Assembly: GCA_003344405.1 (NCBI GenBank)
Contig: NOWV01000126.1
Location: 62,001-126,000, forward strand
Reading direction: 5' to 3'
Source of the DNA: Trichoplax sp. H2
Lineage: Eukaryota
DNA length: 64,000 bases
In this document: positions 40,001 to 54,595 of the stretch, one piece after another
Layout: each line of letters starts with the position of its first letter
How positions within the stretch are numbered: position 1 is the first letter of the stretch
The notes under the pieces: model-generated
Told to the model about the DNA's origin: nothing
The model's database searches: none
What the model saw: only the letters and a program-made list of their open reading frames with translations
Translations under genes and position numbers: made by a program

Positions 40001-43000
40001 ATTCCTCAAGGCCACTCTTAGTAAATAAGTTCGCCTTTTGAATATCAATAGTATTCATGATGATATCAATAATATTCATGCTTTAACTACTCGTAATTAT
40101 GTTGCAGAGTGGGGGGAGGGGGGGAGGTAATTTTTTGAAGGTTAGCGTAACTTCATAAGACAATTTTACAACTATTATAGAAATCAAGTCAAGAATTATT
40201 TACCTTAATTTACTAAACCAGCTATAATGTTAATATCTTCTAAAAAAATTAATTTATTTTAGGTTATTATTTAAGGTAATAATCTGTAGCACGACCTTGA
40301 AGGGAACAATTAATATAAATTTAAGCATAACAAAAGAGGAATACAGGATATTGATGTTGTCATTCGATGCCTTTTGCTATTGAGCTATTTTAGTGTAGAA
40401 TTTAGATGTAATCTATGTCAATTTTGTCATATTAGCTACAGTACTAGCGCAAATTAGAGTGGATATTTAGAATAAGACGTTCTGCAATGAGTAAATAGGC
40501 CAAAATACAAGATAGATTAACTATTTAATATCATTTTGAATTATTCTCCTATTACGTATTATAGTCTTTTAATAGATTGCGAATTAACGATTTAACATCT
40601 GATCTCCTTATTGACTTATATCGATGATACGGTTAATTGATGGACAATACACGATGCCGCACTTAACGTAGTTTCAGACGGTTTACAAATAAGTCCATAA
40701 ACTTAAGTTAGTCTTTATGATTATATTTATTTTGGTTTATATTCCGTAACGAGATATGTTCAAATTTTTATACAATATATGAATATATCTTAGTTAATGG
40801 GGTGATGGTCAGAAAATTGCATAAATAATTTATAATAGAATCTATTTAGTACAAGGCAAAACATCTTTGGTCATCCATTTGCCTAGTACTGGTATTGGCA
40901 AAGGTGAAGGATGAACCATAGCTTACTGATCACAGCATAATTTATAAAGCATAATTTCCTGTAATAATATTAAAAATTGGCTGGAGGGCTAACAATATGT
41001 TAAGAAAGAACTTTAGGCACATTATTAAGTATTGCCCGCAGCAAAGCACCAAGTAGAAGACTTTATAACCACTTCATAATAAGAATAGTTTTCCATTTGA
41101 TTCTTACTAACCTTCCAGGCTGAATTTCTATGCTATCCCATTTTCAGTATTTTTCATTATTAAAGGCAGTTTATCTTGATCAACTATTATATAATTAGAA
41201 GCTTTCCGATTTTTGTTTAAAAATTTAACTTCTGTAGCAATTTATATTGCGTAATAATACAGTTTATGATACGTACTAGATTGAGAAAGTATAGATTTTA
41301 ATGTAATGAAATATCTTAAATTTTTTATGAATTCGACTAAGTAAAAAATTGAATAAAAATGTTTACTAGTTTGTAAAGAATAAAGCAAGTCATAAAGGAG
41401 ATTTCAGATGAAAGATGCAAATAAAATAGTTTACTTTCGAAATTAAATTCTGAGTCATCGTTTGGTTTGCCATTAGGGAAAGTAATAAATTCAAAATTAA
41501 TACTGGCTTAGCCAAAGGACGATGCTACCATAGGCAAAATGTGGTGTGATCTAGGAAATAAGGTTGTACTTCCTGCAGCGAGCTTGAGATTACGGACAAA
41601 AAAAAGAATATTCAAAAATATTTGGTTCTACTATGCTAAAAATAGGTAATGTATGAATCTTACTGCTACTAATAGTGTTTAGTATTCTTACCAGACCGTA
41701 AATATTTTCGATCCATTGTCTATTACAGTATTTAATATCTATACATTGACGGCTTCAAGCTCTATTATTCTATCGCAAGTCTTAGTCAAATTGTTTCTAT
41801 TTGTAAAATAAGCCGCATCCTTCCCTATATGTTTAAGACAGCGAGATAACGAACGTGTATAAATTGAATAAATAAAAGTAAGTAAAGCAGTTTATACAAG
41901 GTATATGGCATTATAATTTCATGATAAGATTTTATCATCAGCTACTTGGATATACGAGTTAAATAACAGTTTCAGTTCCCTCCTTGTTCTTACTTAGTGT
42001 TTCAGTGATGAAAATTTTAATAGCTACAATTTTTTCGCAAACAATTGGTGCCGCCACATACTTATATAATGTAATACTTAAGTAAGATACATTCGTGGTT
42101 TTATATGCCCTAAATCTATCAATTTTCTAGATAATTACGGTTGTAAGTATGAATGTAAAAATTAATATCGTCTAATTTTTATTTCCTGATTATCTTTAGG
42201 AGTATCTGTTATTATTGCATCCGGGTTGGCACATTACGAGCCCAATTGTAGTAAAAATGCACAGCTGATGGTAATAATGGGCAAGTTACTTATCTATTTT
42301 GACTCCAAATCCATGATTGGCATTCAAAACAAATTTTGACTTGGAAAATAAACGCTTGATCATCTTTTGTTGTTATTAATCTTAATTTTGAAAATTTCTA
42401 CTAATTGACAACAAATACCCTACAGACGATTTAAAGAATTTTTTTGTTGTACTTTTAACAGATTGCGGTACTTAACATAGACCAAAAACAATACTTGCTG
42501 TTTTAATATGGATGCTTCTTATCATTTTATTCGTTCTAGATGTTGATTAAACTTTAGATCATTCAGTATAACTAAATCATTTGTTATCATTTGGATACTC
42601 TAAATTCCCTCGATAGAACTTTTATGAGATAATAATTACCTTTCTAATAGAGTTAATAAATAATCAGAAGTAGTCTTTTAAATTTCTTATAGCAACGTTA
42701 ATAATGATGCAGTTTCTTACTTATTCGATATTTACTATTGTTATAAAGTATTATTAAGAATAATTCCTTTAAATTGCGAATCAATTTTTTTTATGAATCT
42801 CTTAAGTAAAAATAACAGAATCATGAAGAGCCTTTGAAATACGTATTAATAGAAAGAATTTGTATGACTTTATTTTTTCAAGTGTTGCATCTTCTGAGAC
42901 TTCACGCAATTTTTAAAAGTCTTGTGTGATACAATAGTTACATTACAAATTTTTAAAGCAAAAATTTTAAATATAAATCGGAAGAATATCAAGGTTACTT

Positions 43001-44181
43001 AATGCTATCATAAACTTTTCAAATCTACAACTTTATTTGCGATTATTATTATTCTTTGCTAATGTTTAGTCTTCTATTCGGAATGTAATAATCAAGAAAA
43101 CAAGTTAAATAACATCGTATCCAGCAATTCAATTATTGATTAGTTCTACAGTGAGTTTGATAAATACCTAATAGGTATTATGACGTAAAAAAAGAAACAA
43201 ATAATAAGAATATATTATTTCGAGGCATTTATGACTTAATTTTATAAACGGCTCTTGCAGTATTTTTTATTAGCTATTAGAAAAATTTCTTTAGCAATGG
43301 TTATGAAGTAAAATATTTAAATATTTTTACATTAGAATAAGCTCACATTTGCCATTATTAGGACTTTAAAATTACAATTGCGATTCCAATCAAATTTTTG
43401 ATATATTTCATATCATGATATTAATTAATGTTCTTTAAAATTTAACAATTGGTTTTCAATAAGTACCGGTATAAGTAAGCTGATGACAGGTTTGCCAGTT
43501 TTATCCTAAATCCTGACATCAGTTATGATTGATAGAAAATAATGCAGTTGAGATGTTGTATTTATAGAAGAAATGGTTTCAATACAAATTCTAGAGATAC
43601 TATAGTGGGTTTGTCCTTTTCTAATTCTGTTTTTCTTATGACTATGAAAACGTCATCAATCATATTTTAAAAATCAAATCTACAGGCCTACATACATAGT
43701 GTCATAGTTACACTAATGCCATTGATATTCATAACTGCTGTATCAATATTTAAATGAAAGATATATAAAATTGCTTTTAATTGATTATGAAACTTCGACA
43801 TTTTAACGTTCTCGTCACGTTATAATACTCTGAGTAATACTTGGTATAAGCAATGGCGATTATATACGTATAACATTAGCTGGATGCTTTCCTGGATGCA
43901 AGAAATAGTAAGATCATATTGAATCTTAGTTTGCAAGAGTTAAATTAGGTAAAGATCTCGCTTAAATTTAGATTACACTCTAATAATCCGTTCGAAATCT
44001 ATATGAACATAGAAGCCAAGTTAGGATTAATTTATTTGAAGCTATATGCTCCAGTGATAGGCACTAGCTGTGAAGAAATAATATTATTAACATGTAAGCT
44101 GGTCCCCATATAAATGAAAACAATATAAGAAACCAAAGCTCTAAAAAATGCTCTGATTTAGNNNNNNNNNNNNNNNNNNNN

Positions 44182-44721
44182 AACAAGTGCTACTGGAACT
44201 ACGCTTCCTATTAGAACACTAACTTCTCGGGTGTGGGACTACACTTCTTTGACCGTCACTAGGTTACTCGATTACACAAGTAGTTAAGCGTAGGCTTTTG
44301 AACAGATAACTATCAATACAGTTTATTCTCTTCTATGCCTTTCTCCTCGTCCACATTACATCATAGTTAGCCTTTTTATACTTTCTAAGATATTTACTAT
44401 TTACATTAATCTCACGTAGGAGATCTCACAACCATAACCTCTTATCCAGTAATAATCTTACAACACGACTGCAAATCGTGTCAGCATAAACAACTCTCTA
44501 ACACAAAGGTTGCACATCATCAAGATTTATATTTCCCTAGTCTATCCTCCTATTCGAATACATACAAAATAACTAAGGACAGTAGATCATCAAAACACCT
44601 TACTAACAAACATCATAACACATCAATCTCCATCAATAACAAACACCATAACACTTCAATTTCTATCAATAACAAACACCATAACACTTCTAACTCATCA
44701 CGGCAAAAAGGTACCGTGACA
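44182..44721 (-). mobile_element. LTR-like element, truncated by the assembly gap
   Basis: Ends in TCACGG...GTACCGTGACA like the 55997-56438 element. Minus-strand TATAAAAAG at ~44372-44380 and AATAAA at ~44322; internal 33-bp tandem repeat at ~44604-44690. Confidence 0.7.
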
Positions 44722-46470
44722 CTAAGTTAGGATTAATTTATTTGAAGCTATATGCTCCAGTGATAGGCACTAGTTGTGAAGAAATAATATTATTAACATG
44801 TAAGCTGGTCCCCATATAAATGAAAACAATATGAGAAACCAAAGCTCTAAAAAATGCTCTGATTTAGAGTTCTTACGTGTGATAGTGTTATATGCAGTAA
44901 AGGAGGGGGTTTGACATATTAGAATATTAAATATTTGTAGCAGGCAAGTGTCAAAGCAATTTAGCTTACAGATCTATTTTACCTGGTCTTGTCACAGAGG
45001 TAATCTATAATTACTCAATAACTATCAAATCTAAATATGGCATCGATAAAATAGCCTAAAATATAACACAATTAAATAGGCAGAATTATCAGCAAGACTA
45101 TTTACAATAGCCTGGCAAAATGCTGATTTAGTAGAAGCAGCAGAAATTGAATTTATACTCATCCAGTGCCATATAGGGTATAGTGAATAACGTAACTGGA
45201 TATTTTTATTATAGATACTTTACGCACATTAACGAATATAACACATAGTATCAACCAGAATATGTATACTAAAAATAGTTATCTTCTTATAGTACAGTTT
45301 ACAATATGCAGAGATTATGCATATATATCAAGATAACTTATTGCTGAATTATACTAACGTAGCTATAAAATTGATTACTATGTGAAATGCAGAAAAACAT
45401 GGAAAATATTCGAGTCAATCCATTCATAAAAAGTAATAATTTTATTTAAAAATTTTTATTTACGCTTATAACTGTGTATTAATATAATGTAACCGCATGA
45501 AGCCAAAACCCAATTTCCAAGGTCTTGCCTATATATTCAAATATTGTATACAAGTGATAGTTGTAATGCAGCAGAATCTCCATCGTGATTTTTCGTGTAA
45601 TTCTTCCTATTAAATATATGAGTAAATAATCAAAAGAAAGCTTTTTATATCAGTACATATTTGTTAAAATTATTAAAGTAATAGCTTTATTGAGCTACTT
45701 ATTGACATACTTTACGGAACAGATTTAATATGATAGCTAGTATAATGCAACATTATACTTTAACACGTTAATCTGTTAATTATATTAATTCTAACTAGTA
45801 CCTTATTTACTACTAATCTCCTTACCCATGCTAGACTCCGAGGACCGTTATATCTTTACTTTTATACTTGATAAGTCACGGTTACTTTGTATGATTTAAT
45901 CACCTGTTCAATATATTGATTAGTCGGATATCAAAAAAATTACGCGATAAACGCGGTACAAGGGGTAATTTTAGGTAATCTTAAAAATTTCAATCTCCAA
46001 CTCATTCGTGATTTTACGCAAAACTTTAGTAAATTAATGAAAGTCAACGTTTTGATACCGATATCAGAACGTACTAATCACCATTAGTAAAGTGTTATAA
46101 ATTCTCTTGCAACAAAATGAATATAGTTACGACGTATATTTCTCAGTAAGTATATCCAATTTTAATACATCACAATTTTTAAACTAAATGAAAGCATTGA
46201 CATTCATAGCGTCTAGCAACTTGATTGGCCCTTTTGTCGCAAATTAACTTTTACGTGGCTGTCATAACACAGATTCCGTTAGATATTTCGTCTAGGAATT
46301 TATTTAATTTGATCTATCCATGATATTTGACATATTTTTAATATATAACTGCATCGTTTCATAGTATTATAAATAAACTGAGAATTGATGTTTATGTTAA
46401 TTGCCATGAATGGAATGATTATTTAATGACTTTTGAGTTCAATTTGTCTAAGAGAGACAAATTATATTAC

Positions 46471-46911
46471 TGACCCTACTGACGATAGGAGATGTAGCCC
46501 TTGATGAATATATGTATAACGTATATATGACTTGACGTCGAGGTACTCCGGTAGAGGCTTAGGTAAGAAGTAATACTTGTGTAATCTTTACAAATTACGT
46601 GTATTAACTTCTATCCAACTAGAATTAGAATTACTCTTAGGAATGTAAGAGGTTATATACAATTAATGTTCTCGCAAATAGCTATCTCAAGAACTTCGCT
46701 ACTTGGATCGTATCTCTTGACACTGAAATCCTTAAATAAGCGATTGCACGACGTGCACAGTTATAAGTACGTAGTCTTTCGGCTACTGGTTGGTTACAGA
46801 TAAGTTAGATTACCCGACTGGATATAGTTCTCTTATAATAGTAAATACCCAATACAGTTATCCCCTATCTTATGTTGTACAACAGGGTGATATCCATGCG
46901 TATTCGTAACA
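46471..46911 (+). mobile_element. Probable solo LTR (441 bp)
   Basis: TG...TAACA ends, 4-bp direct repeat TTAC at 46467-46470 and 46912-46915, length like the other elements, internal CTTAAATAAG. The 5' terminus (TGACCC) is atypical. Confidence 0.45.
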
Positions 46912-47316
46912 TTACTAAGTTAGAGAATACAAAATATACTGTAATAATACCAAATTACAATATGTAATGCGAAGGGATAAAATAGCAGGGGAATTAATTT
47001 AACAAAAAAACTAAGTGTATATGCTTAAATAGTAGTTGCATTGTACTGCAGTTTAATCAAATAGGATTTAAACTGAATAAACTGTGAAAAAACACTAGTT
47101 ATGTAGGTTTGTTCTATTTGAGTCTAATGATAATTACTATTATTCTACGGAATCTGAGCATTTGGAAAGCAAATAGCAGTTCAGCCCAGCAGTGTTCATC
47201 AACGAGTCTGCCATGATTCGAAAGATTGTAAGCCTATAGTAAGTGCAAGGGTAGATTAAAATAAATAAAACAAGTAATGCCTATGTTGTTGCTATTTTGA
47301 GAAATGACTGTGTAAG

Positions 47317-47751
47317 TGTAATGTAACTAGTATTGTGATTGCAGACTGTTAGCCATGTTTAGTATAATGTACGGTAGATATTTATCCTGAGAGATATTTG
47401 GTTGCTAGGATATGGTTAATTCATTGTACTTTGGCTGGTGTGAATAATGTCTACGTAAGTACTGTAGTCGTATCCATATTGGATTAATGATGGTCCGCAG
47501 TAGAATAGTCTTACTAAGAATAATTTAACTATGTGTAAAATAAGTTAAAAGGTTGCGTTACGGATTGTAGCTTCGAATGCTACGAAAAGTATAAAAGCAT
47601 GCAACTTTAGATTATTCTGTTAGTTCGTTGTAGAAGTCTTTAGAAGTAGTATTCGGTTAGAGTAGAGCTGTGTGTAGTTAATCTTTGTATAAGATTCAAT
47701 AAATCCTATATTTTTCTAAAATTTGGAATCTCGTGATCGGTATATTTCACA
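47317..47751 (+). mobile_element. Solo LTR (435 bp), family A
   Basis: TGTAAT...TTCACA, exact TSD GTAAG (47312-47316 and 47752-47756), TATAAAA at ~47590 and AATAAA at ~47698. A second inverted copy lies at 58082-59049. Confidence 0.88.
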
Positions 47752-50181
47752 GTAAGGTAGAAATCTAGCCTACAAACTTTCCGTGTAAGTAACACAGCTA
47801 GCTAAAAGGGTACATGATAAAAAATCGCTGATAGAATGAGGACAAATATAGTCGAAGAATTAATTTATGAGGAAGAAAAGTTGATTATAATGAGTTACAT
47901 CGATGTCAGGTTTCTCTTCAATACAATCAATATAGGACACAATTGGAATTCTACCGAATAAAGTACTACATTTAGATCTTGCACACCTAGAAGTATGATA
48001 TATTACCATAGAAATGGATTTATATGAAAATGAATCATTCCGTCTATGGTAATATACGCCACAGTTCGCGAAAATTGTCAATAACCTAGTTTTCTGCTTA
48101 ATTTACCGACCGAACATATTTATATTAACCCAAATACTGGTATGCTTGCCCATCAATCTTACGTAGGTAACCTTCATAATTAGATAAATAGAAACATTGT
48201 ACAGGCGGCGGGTGCTTTTCAATGGACAGAAAATAATAATAAGCGGTTTGAAATCCTTTCTGCATTTGGTTTAGAAAGTTCTAAATAAAAGCCAAAGGAT
48301 TATATCTTAACCGCATAGTCATCAATTAATGGACATATTGTATGTGTTAAATAAAGATTACTTTATTAATTAGGATTAAAAATGAGAAATTTCATGATTT
48401 TGTAAACAGAATAGTACTATTAGAGAAATAAGAGTTGATTTGGCGTTAGATTACGATATAATTCTATGGATCTACGGTATTTGTTTTGCTGGCCAGAAAA
48501 CAGCTTCAACTCTGTACTGCTACTGTAATTGAAAGTAAATTCGAAATAGGAATTACTCCTTGCCGTTCAGAACCGGGTGCGTGCTGTTTTTGTAACAGTG
48601 TAAGTAAATATACCCTTACAAAAATACCTGCTCTTCCATCATTACTCGACACGTAATTTACGCGTACAAATTTATAATTACAGGTTTTATTACTGATTCT
48701 CTATCGATTTGAGATAGTGTATAATAGTATAACAAGTTCTTTTACACTGATACAGCGGCAGGGACTAAAAATTAAAGAATTATTTCTACAGCAATGACTG
48801 CGACTTAAAAATGATGCTTAACTTTCTTACAAAGTAGAGATTGAGAACAAAATTGCCTTGAACATACAGAACTTACTATTCGTATTCTTCATACAAATAA
48901 AATTCTATTATTAGTACTACCATATGTTAGGCTGAGACCAAAATGTCTGAATTACAAGAAAAGCATTGCGTTTGCATACCTTTTATTCCAGTTTTGTTAT
49001 TATTTTTCAGTTACATCTAATTCTAATCTGCACTAGATGCTGACAAAATAATCTACAAACAAATTTACCACAACCCTATTGAGCTTTATTTTCTTACGGA
49101 GAGAAACTTCCATTTTGTACAGAACGTTAAAAGTTTGGAATCATATCTGGAATTTTCATGATTATATTTAATATATTATCACCGCAATGAGTCAAGGTAG
49201 GTAATAAGTAATCTCATCGTATTTGCAAAGTTAGCAAATATAAATACTTTCATCCCTCTATGATTTTAAATTATTTGTTCTGGTGGGGGATTTGTAAAGG
49301 ACTATTAGTAAATATAGTATTGCTAGTTACTACAAAAATTTGAAGTCATTCCATTTATTTAAGTAGCTTAATAGATAATTGGTTTATTGCTAAACTATCT
49401 AAAGAGTAAGCTTTTACGTTGTAAATTACAAAATTTAGGCTTGTTTTGAGTTCGTAAAAAGCAAAAATTTGTCTATCTAAGATTTCGAAAGAAATTTAGG
49501 AATTAGATATATTGGAAGTTTCACCGATATTTAAATCCATATATTAGCTTTTACGATAATAATTATGATCTTAATGTGTAAAAAAGTTTCGAAAACTTTA
49601 TTGCCAGATGAATATCGTGTCGATGAGGGTAATTAATTTAAATTGGAACATTTCTTGAAAAGTATTTATAAAGTAGGTGGAGCAGTGGGCGCTGACTTTT
49701 GCATGACTAGATTCTTTTCATGAATGCTAAAAAGTTAAAAATTAAATAATTAAATGTAATTATTGGGCTTATGCATAGAGAGACAATGCAAAGAATGAGC
49801 CTATGCTATGATTAAATATTTATCATATTGTAATATTGTAGACTATTTAATTTTAAAAATTATGATTATTATGCTAGGATAATTGCAATTAAGTTGTTGG
49901 TTTCGATAAATTACAGTAATTATAAGGAAAGTAAATACTCGTCTTGGCCTAAGAATATAAACATATTAATTTTTAACGTATCTGGTTTGACATCCAATTT
50001 GAAAATAGAAAAACTACATGTAACATTAATGACAGGGGGTGAGGAATTGGTGATAGTTGTTTTTTCCGCATTAGACATCTACAGTAATGATCCTGTTTAT
50101 TCAAGCAAAAAAGTTGTGAAAGGTATGTAAAGATTTGGCGATTGAACTCAAAGAGTGACAAAAGTTTAAAGATTAAAATAA

Positions 50182-51195
50182 ATGGATCATTTACGAATAA
50201 GCGATCGTAATCCTACTTCAATTAATATAAATCACACCACTATTGGCAATTTTCCATCAGTCCAGTGGATTCAATTTTATGTAGGACTGGCTGGATTGAT
50301 AGCGAACTTCACATTATTACTTCTAATATCAACATCAAGGAAAGGCTTAAAGGATAAATCTTACGTCTTTATTAATAATATAGCGCTTTCAGATTTTTTA
50401 ATATGTTTTTTAATGTGCCTTATGCATTTACCATTTAAAGGTTCTGTTAACATTTCAATTTCCCTCGGAGGAGTTATTTGTAAAATACTGTTTGCCACGT
50501 TTCATCTGTCATTTAATACTTCTGCCTACAGCTTAACGTTTATAAGCATGTATCGATTAAAAATTGTTATCCATCCCCTGTCGTACAGGGTTAAAACTAC
50601 CCTGTATCGACACACTAAAATTGTTGCTGTTGCAATATGGATATTTAGCCTTGTTATAGCCATTCCAAATATTTTCTTATCTGAAGTTGTAACACTTGGA
50701 TTATTTTGTGATGTTGGATATCCGTATGGACAGGACTTCAATCAAATTTACTACACGATTGTATTTACAATTTCTAGTATTGTACCTATCTTAGTTATGT
50801 CTATCAATTATATTCGTATTGCTAAAGCTCTATCTTGCAGCGTATTTAGTAGACCAAGTTTCGCTCGTAATACCACAGTAAATTCCAAAAGAACCTATCG
50901 ATATCGATCGAAAAATGTGGTTGAATTTTTGATCTGTACTACTGGTGTTTACATGTTTTTATCATTACCTTTTCTCATTGGATTTTTAATTATGTCCCTC
51001 TTAGGATTATCATTCCATGCTATTTATTCTAATAATGACGGTTTTAGAATCTATATGATCGTTGCTTCTTCTGCTTTTATTTCAGTAACAATATTTAATC
51101 CAATTCTATTTCTATTTTGCGATAGAAATATTCGATTACAAATTTGCAAGAAAAGAAATCATTTATATTATTTCATTCTAAGCCATATTCGATAG
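50182..51195 (+). CDS. Intronless divergent class A GPCR, 337 aa
   Basis: Seven TM segments, N-terminal sequons, TM1 N, TM2 IALSD, TM3 CK...SMYR (degenerate DRY), ICL2 HP, TM4 W, TM5 VP..Y, TM6 SLP and TM7 NPILF followed by a helix-8-like segment. Confidence 0.9.
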   Translation: MDHLRISDRNPTSININHTTIGNFPSVQWIQFYVGLAGLIANFTLLLLISTSRKGLKDKSYVFINNIALSDFLICFLMCLMHLPFKGSVNISISLGGVICKILFATFHLSFNTSAYSLTFISMYRLKIVIHPLSYRVKTTLYRHTKIVAVAIWIFSLVIAIPNIFLSEVVTLGLFCDVGYPYGQDFNQIYYTIVFTISSIVPILVMSINYIRIAKALSCSVFSRPSFARNTTVNSKRTYRYRSKNVVEFLICTTGVYMFLSLPFLIGFLIMSLLGLSFHAIYSNNDGFRIYMIVASSAFISVTIFNPILFLFCDRNIRLQICKKRNHLYYFILSHIR

Positions 51196-54100
51196 TTTAA
51201 TAATTTGCTGTTTATCACGAATTATAAATTTATAACTTAATACCTTGGTGATGCATAGTAGCTACTCGATCACTTTCAACCTAAGAATGTAGTATAGCAG
51301 TATATCTAGTGAAGTTTTCTTACTGATAACAGTTTATACCATTAATTAGCTAGGGTAGCTCATTAGCGATCGTAATATGACATACAACAGTAGGTATATT
51401 TACTGAAAATCTAGATAATTTTGATCTAACATCAAAGCTAAATAGGCGTACCGTTGAAGCAGTCATGATGCAATTACGCAATTAGAAGCAATAAATTTAC
51501 ACAAATATAAGTGCAAAAATTTTCTTCAAATATTCTAGTTTTAGACCATATACTCACTTAATAAGTTGCTTAAATTAATTCTAGATAAATAATGCCATAT
51601 TAGTAAAATTTCAAACGGCTTTATAGCCATATAATTTTTATTTAAATCATTGATTTTCTTGCTAAATTAAATAAGTGCGCTTAATAAACAGTAACTGCTT
51701 ATAAATTTTAAATTGCTTTACATTCTATAGATGGAATAGTAATTCATTCTCAGTGATTTTGTTACTTCTTTATAGATTTAATTACTTTAAAGCCTGTGGT
51801 TTAAGCGAATTTACAATCATAGCAGTATTTATAAAATCACTTATACGTTTAATAGATATGTCATTTAAGATCAATATTAATATTTACAGATTGAATTATT
51901 AACATTGGTTAAGAAGTCATAATCAAATAAGGGTCGCAATCACAAATTCAAACTACCCAAATTTTCTACATTTGCGGGTAAATGATGAGAATAAAATGTT
52001 AAAAACCTATCTAAGTTTTCAATTTTAATCGTGCAATATGTTAATATATAAAGAAGTCTCGCTGACTAAAATTTTACTGCAACGCTTTGCCTCAACAATC
52101 TAAGGTTAAAAAATACTTAAAAGTAAACAGAAAATATCGATTTTTTTAACTAATAATTGCGAAACTTCTATATCTCTATTTATATGTAGTATAAAATTGA
52201 AACTGACGATTATTAGAGATTCTTTTGAAATAGAAATCGAAATATACTTTGTTCTGACAACATGACCATACTTGTGCTTGTATAATAAAACAGTCTCACA
52301 AATAATTGTCTAAATCAAATAAGATTTTCTATAAGACTATTATTACAAGGTTTTAGGAATAGTAGAAAAATAATTAATTACTCAAGAATCTAGTTTAAAA
52401 TCTAAAATATTCCGAGCTCAAAGTGAAGTGAAGTTTCTAATGTCAGCTCAACTCCGTAGTTCTCGAATACATTTTGTTAAATCCATTTATGACAACATTA
52501 TTAACCACAATCAGACTTGAATCATCAAACAGGATACTTTTCCCGAATAGAAAATCGTAATCTTCTACAATCCTCATCATTTAACTTAAGATATCACTAC
52601 TTTTCTTTTCATGTCCAGTACCTTTCGGTATTGGGCATCTTCATAATTGTAGTATATCATGTCACATAAATTTTGTACCGTAACTACTCAACTGGCTAAT
52701 ATTAGCCATCATCAATTTCTAATATAATAGTTTAAAATCATTTAATATTAGCATCAACATAATATCTATTCTCGGTAACCTAAATATATCAAATATAGTT
52801 ATCAACACAATGAAATAGCCACACTATCCTTATAATCGAGTATGGGGTGCATCACTATAGCTTGTTATTAGTAGCTTTAACAAAACTAATGAACATTAGC
52901 TATTTGTTATGCTCATAGGGTATATTAAACTGTAGTATTAATTAAATTATTTAATATTTACGTGAAGTAATTCAATTTGATTTCAAAAATCTTTAGATTG
53001 CAATTCAGTAGCAAATTGCGCTATGCTTAGTTGAAATGTATCAAATCTATCGGTTTGGAACTAGTAAATTGATTCAGTTGATTACTTAAAATAGAATTAA
53101 GCTGCCATCTGACGAAATAATGTTAAATTAAGATGTTTGCTTATTAATACTGTAAATTAATTTTCTGAGAATTATTACAAAATGTAGATAAAATGTGGGG
53201 AATTTATTATGGATATAAGCTGCGATGTTGTATGTTCCTGGAATTGTCCACCAATCATAAATATTGTACGACTATTTATGCGAATCTTACTACTATCGCT
53301 ATTTCATTAGGTTGTAAAATTTCATTATGTTTGATGATAAGTAAATGGAACTAAAAAAAAAAAATATTTAATACGTTTGTACAGTGCTTTATTCGTTTGT
53401 ACTGGTATGAATTCATTTCTTTCATTTAGATTTAATCCATATAATAACTGTATAGAAATTAAACAGTTTGCGAAAAACTGACGTTATAGTATCTAATTGA
53501 ATTACATAATTAGGCATCGAATAAGATTTTGTAAATATTAAGCAAAGAAATTATCCCAATAATTTAAAACCTAAATTTCAGGGCCTTCTTATTGATAATA
53601 TTGTAAGCTCTAGTAAATGTTAAATTTTATATTTGGAAAATGATAATAGCTTTTATTTCTGCTTTCAATAGTATCATTATCAGTTTACTGATTAGATTTA
53701 CTGTCCATCGTATTTTAAAATATAGATTAGAAGGCGGTTGTAGTAGAATACTCCAGATTGCGTCTGCGTAGCTTAAAATTAAGGAATACGGTGATTTTTA
53801 TCCGAATGATAAATAAACGTGCAAAGATTATGTACTGGGACGATGAATTAATTTCAAATCCGGAAATTATATCAAAAGTTATTATAGAGTATACGCGTAT
53901 TCAGTGCCAAACTAATGGTCTTTACAGCTTACTCAGCATTATTTTTATTGAAATTTGTATTCATATTACTGTAAATAACTCGTAAAGTTAGAGATCATTC
54001 AGTGAAAGATTAAATATTGGCAATTCGTACGTTTTGTATAAAAATGAAGTCTGTCATACAGGAAAATATTTATTGTTCTTTATGTAAAGGTCACGGCCTT

Positions 54101-54595
54101 CGTAATTAGACGTAACTTTACCTCTATTATATGTTGAATACTTGATGTTCTCTTAGTCTGCTTTGAAGGGCTTTCTCGATAAAAAAACTAATCAAATTTC
54201 TGTCTGCTTTTTCTTACCTAGTTTTGAACAATTATTACAGTATAAATGAGAACAATATTTAATTTTTCGTTTAAGTCAGAAATTTAAATCATGGTTTGAT
54301 TCAAAATAATGATTTCAAAATTTCTTCAATAATATTAAAATTAAATGAAATTTTTACCGCTAGCTAATCATTTCTTTAAATGAAGTTTGTGTCTCGTTGC
54401 AACATAAATCATCGCATTAATAGTTTTCAACCCGAAACTGATTTAAAAATTGGGGAAACGACCAATCAACAATTTATTAAGAAAAGCATGAGAGAGTCAG
54501 ATTAAATAACTTATAAAATACATCAAGCTTCACTTCTAACATAATTCCTAATCATTAATACATTATAAAAGTCTAAAAAGTAACCTTTAAAACAT

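Noticed and set aside
45917-46080. MITE-like imperfect inverted repeat
   Set aside because: The arms are short and interrupted, with no TSD.
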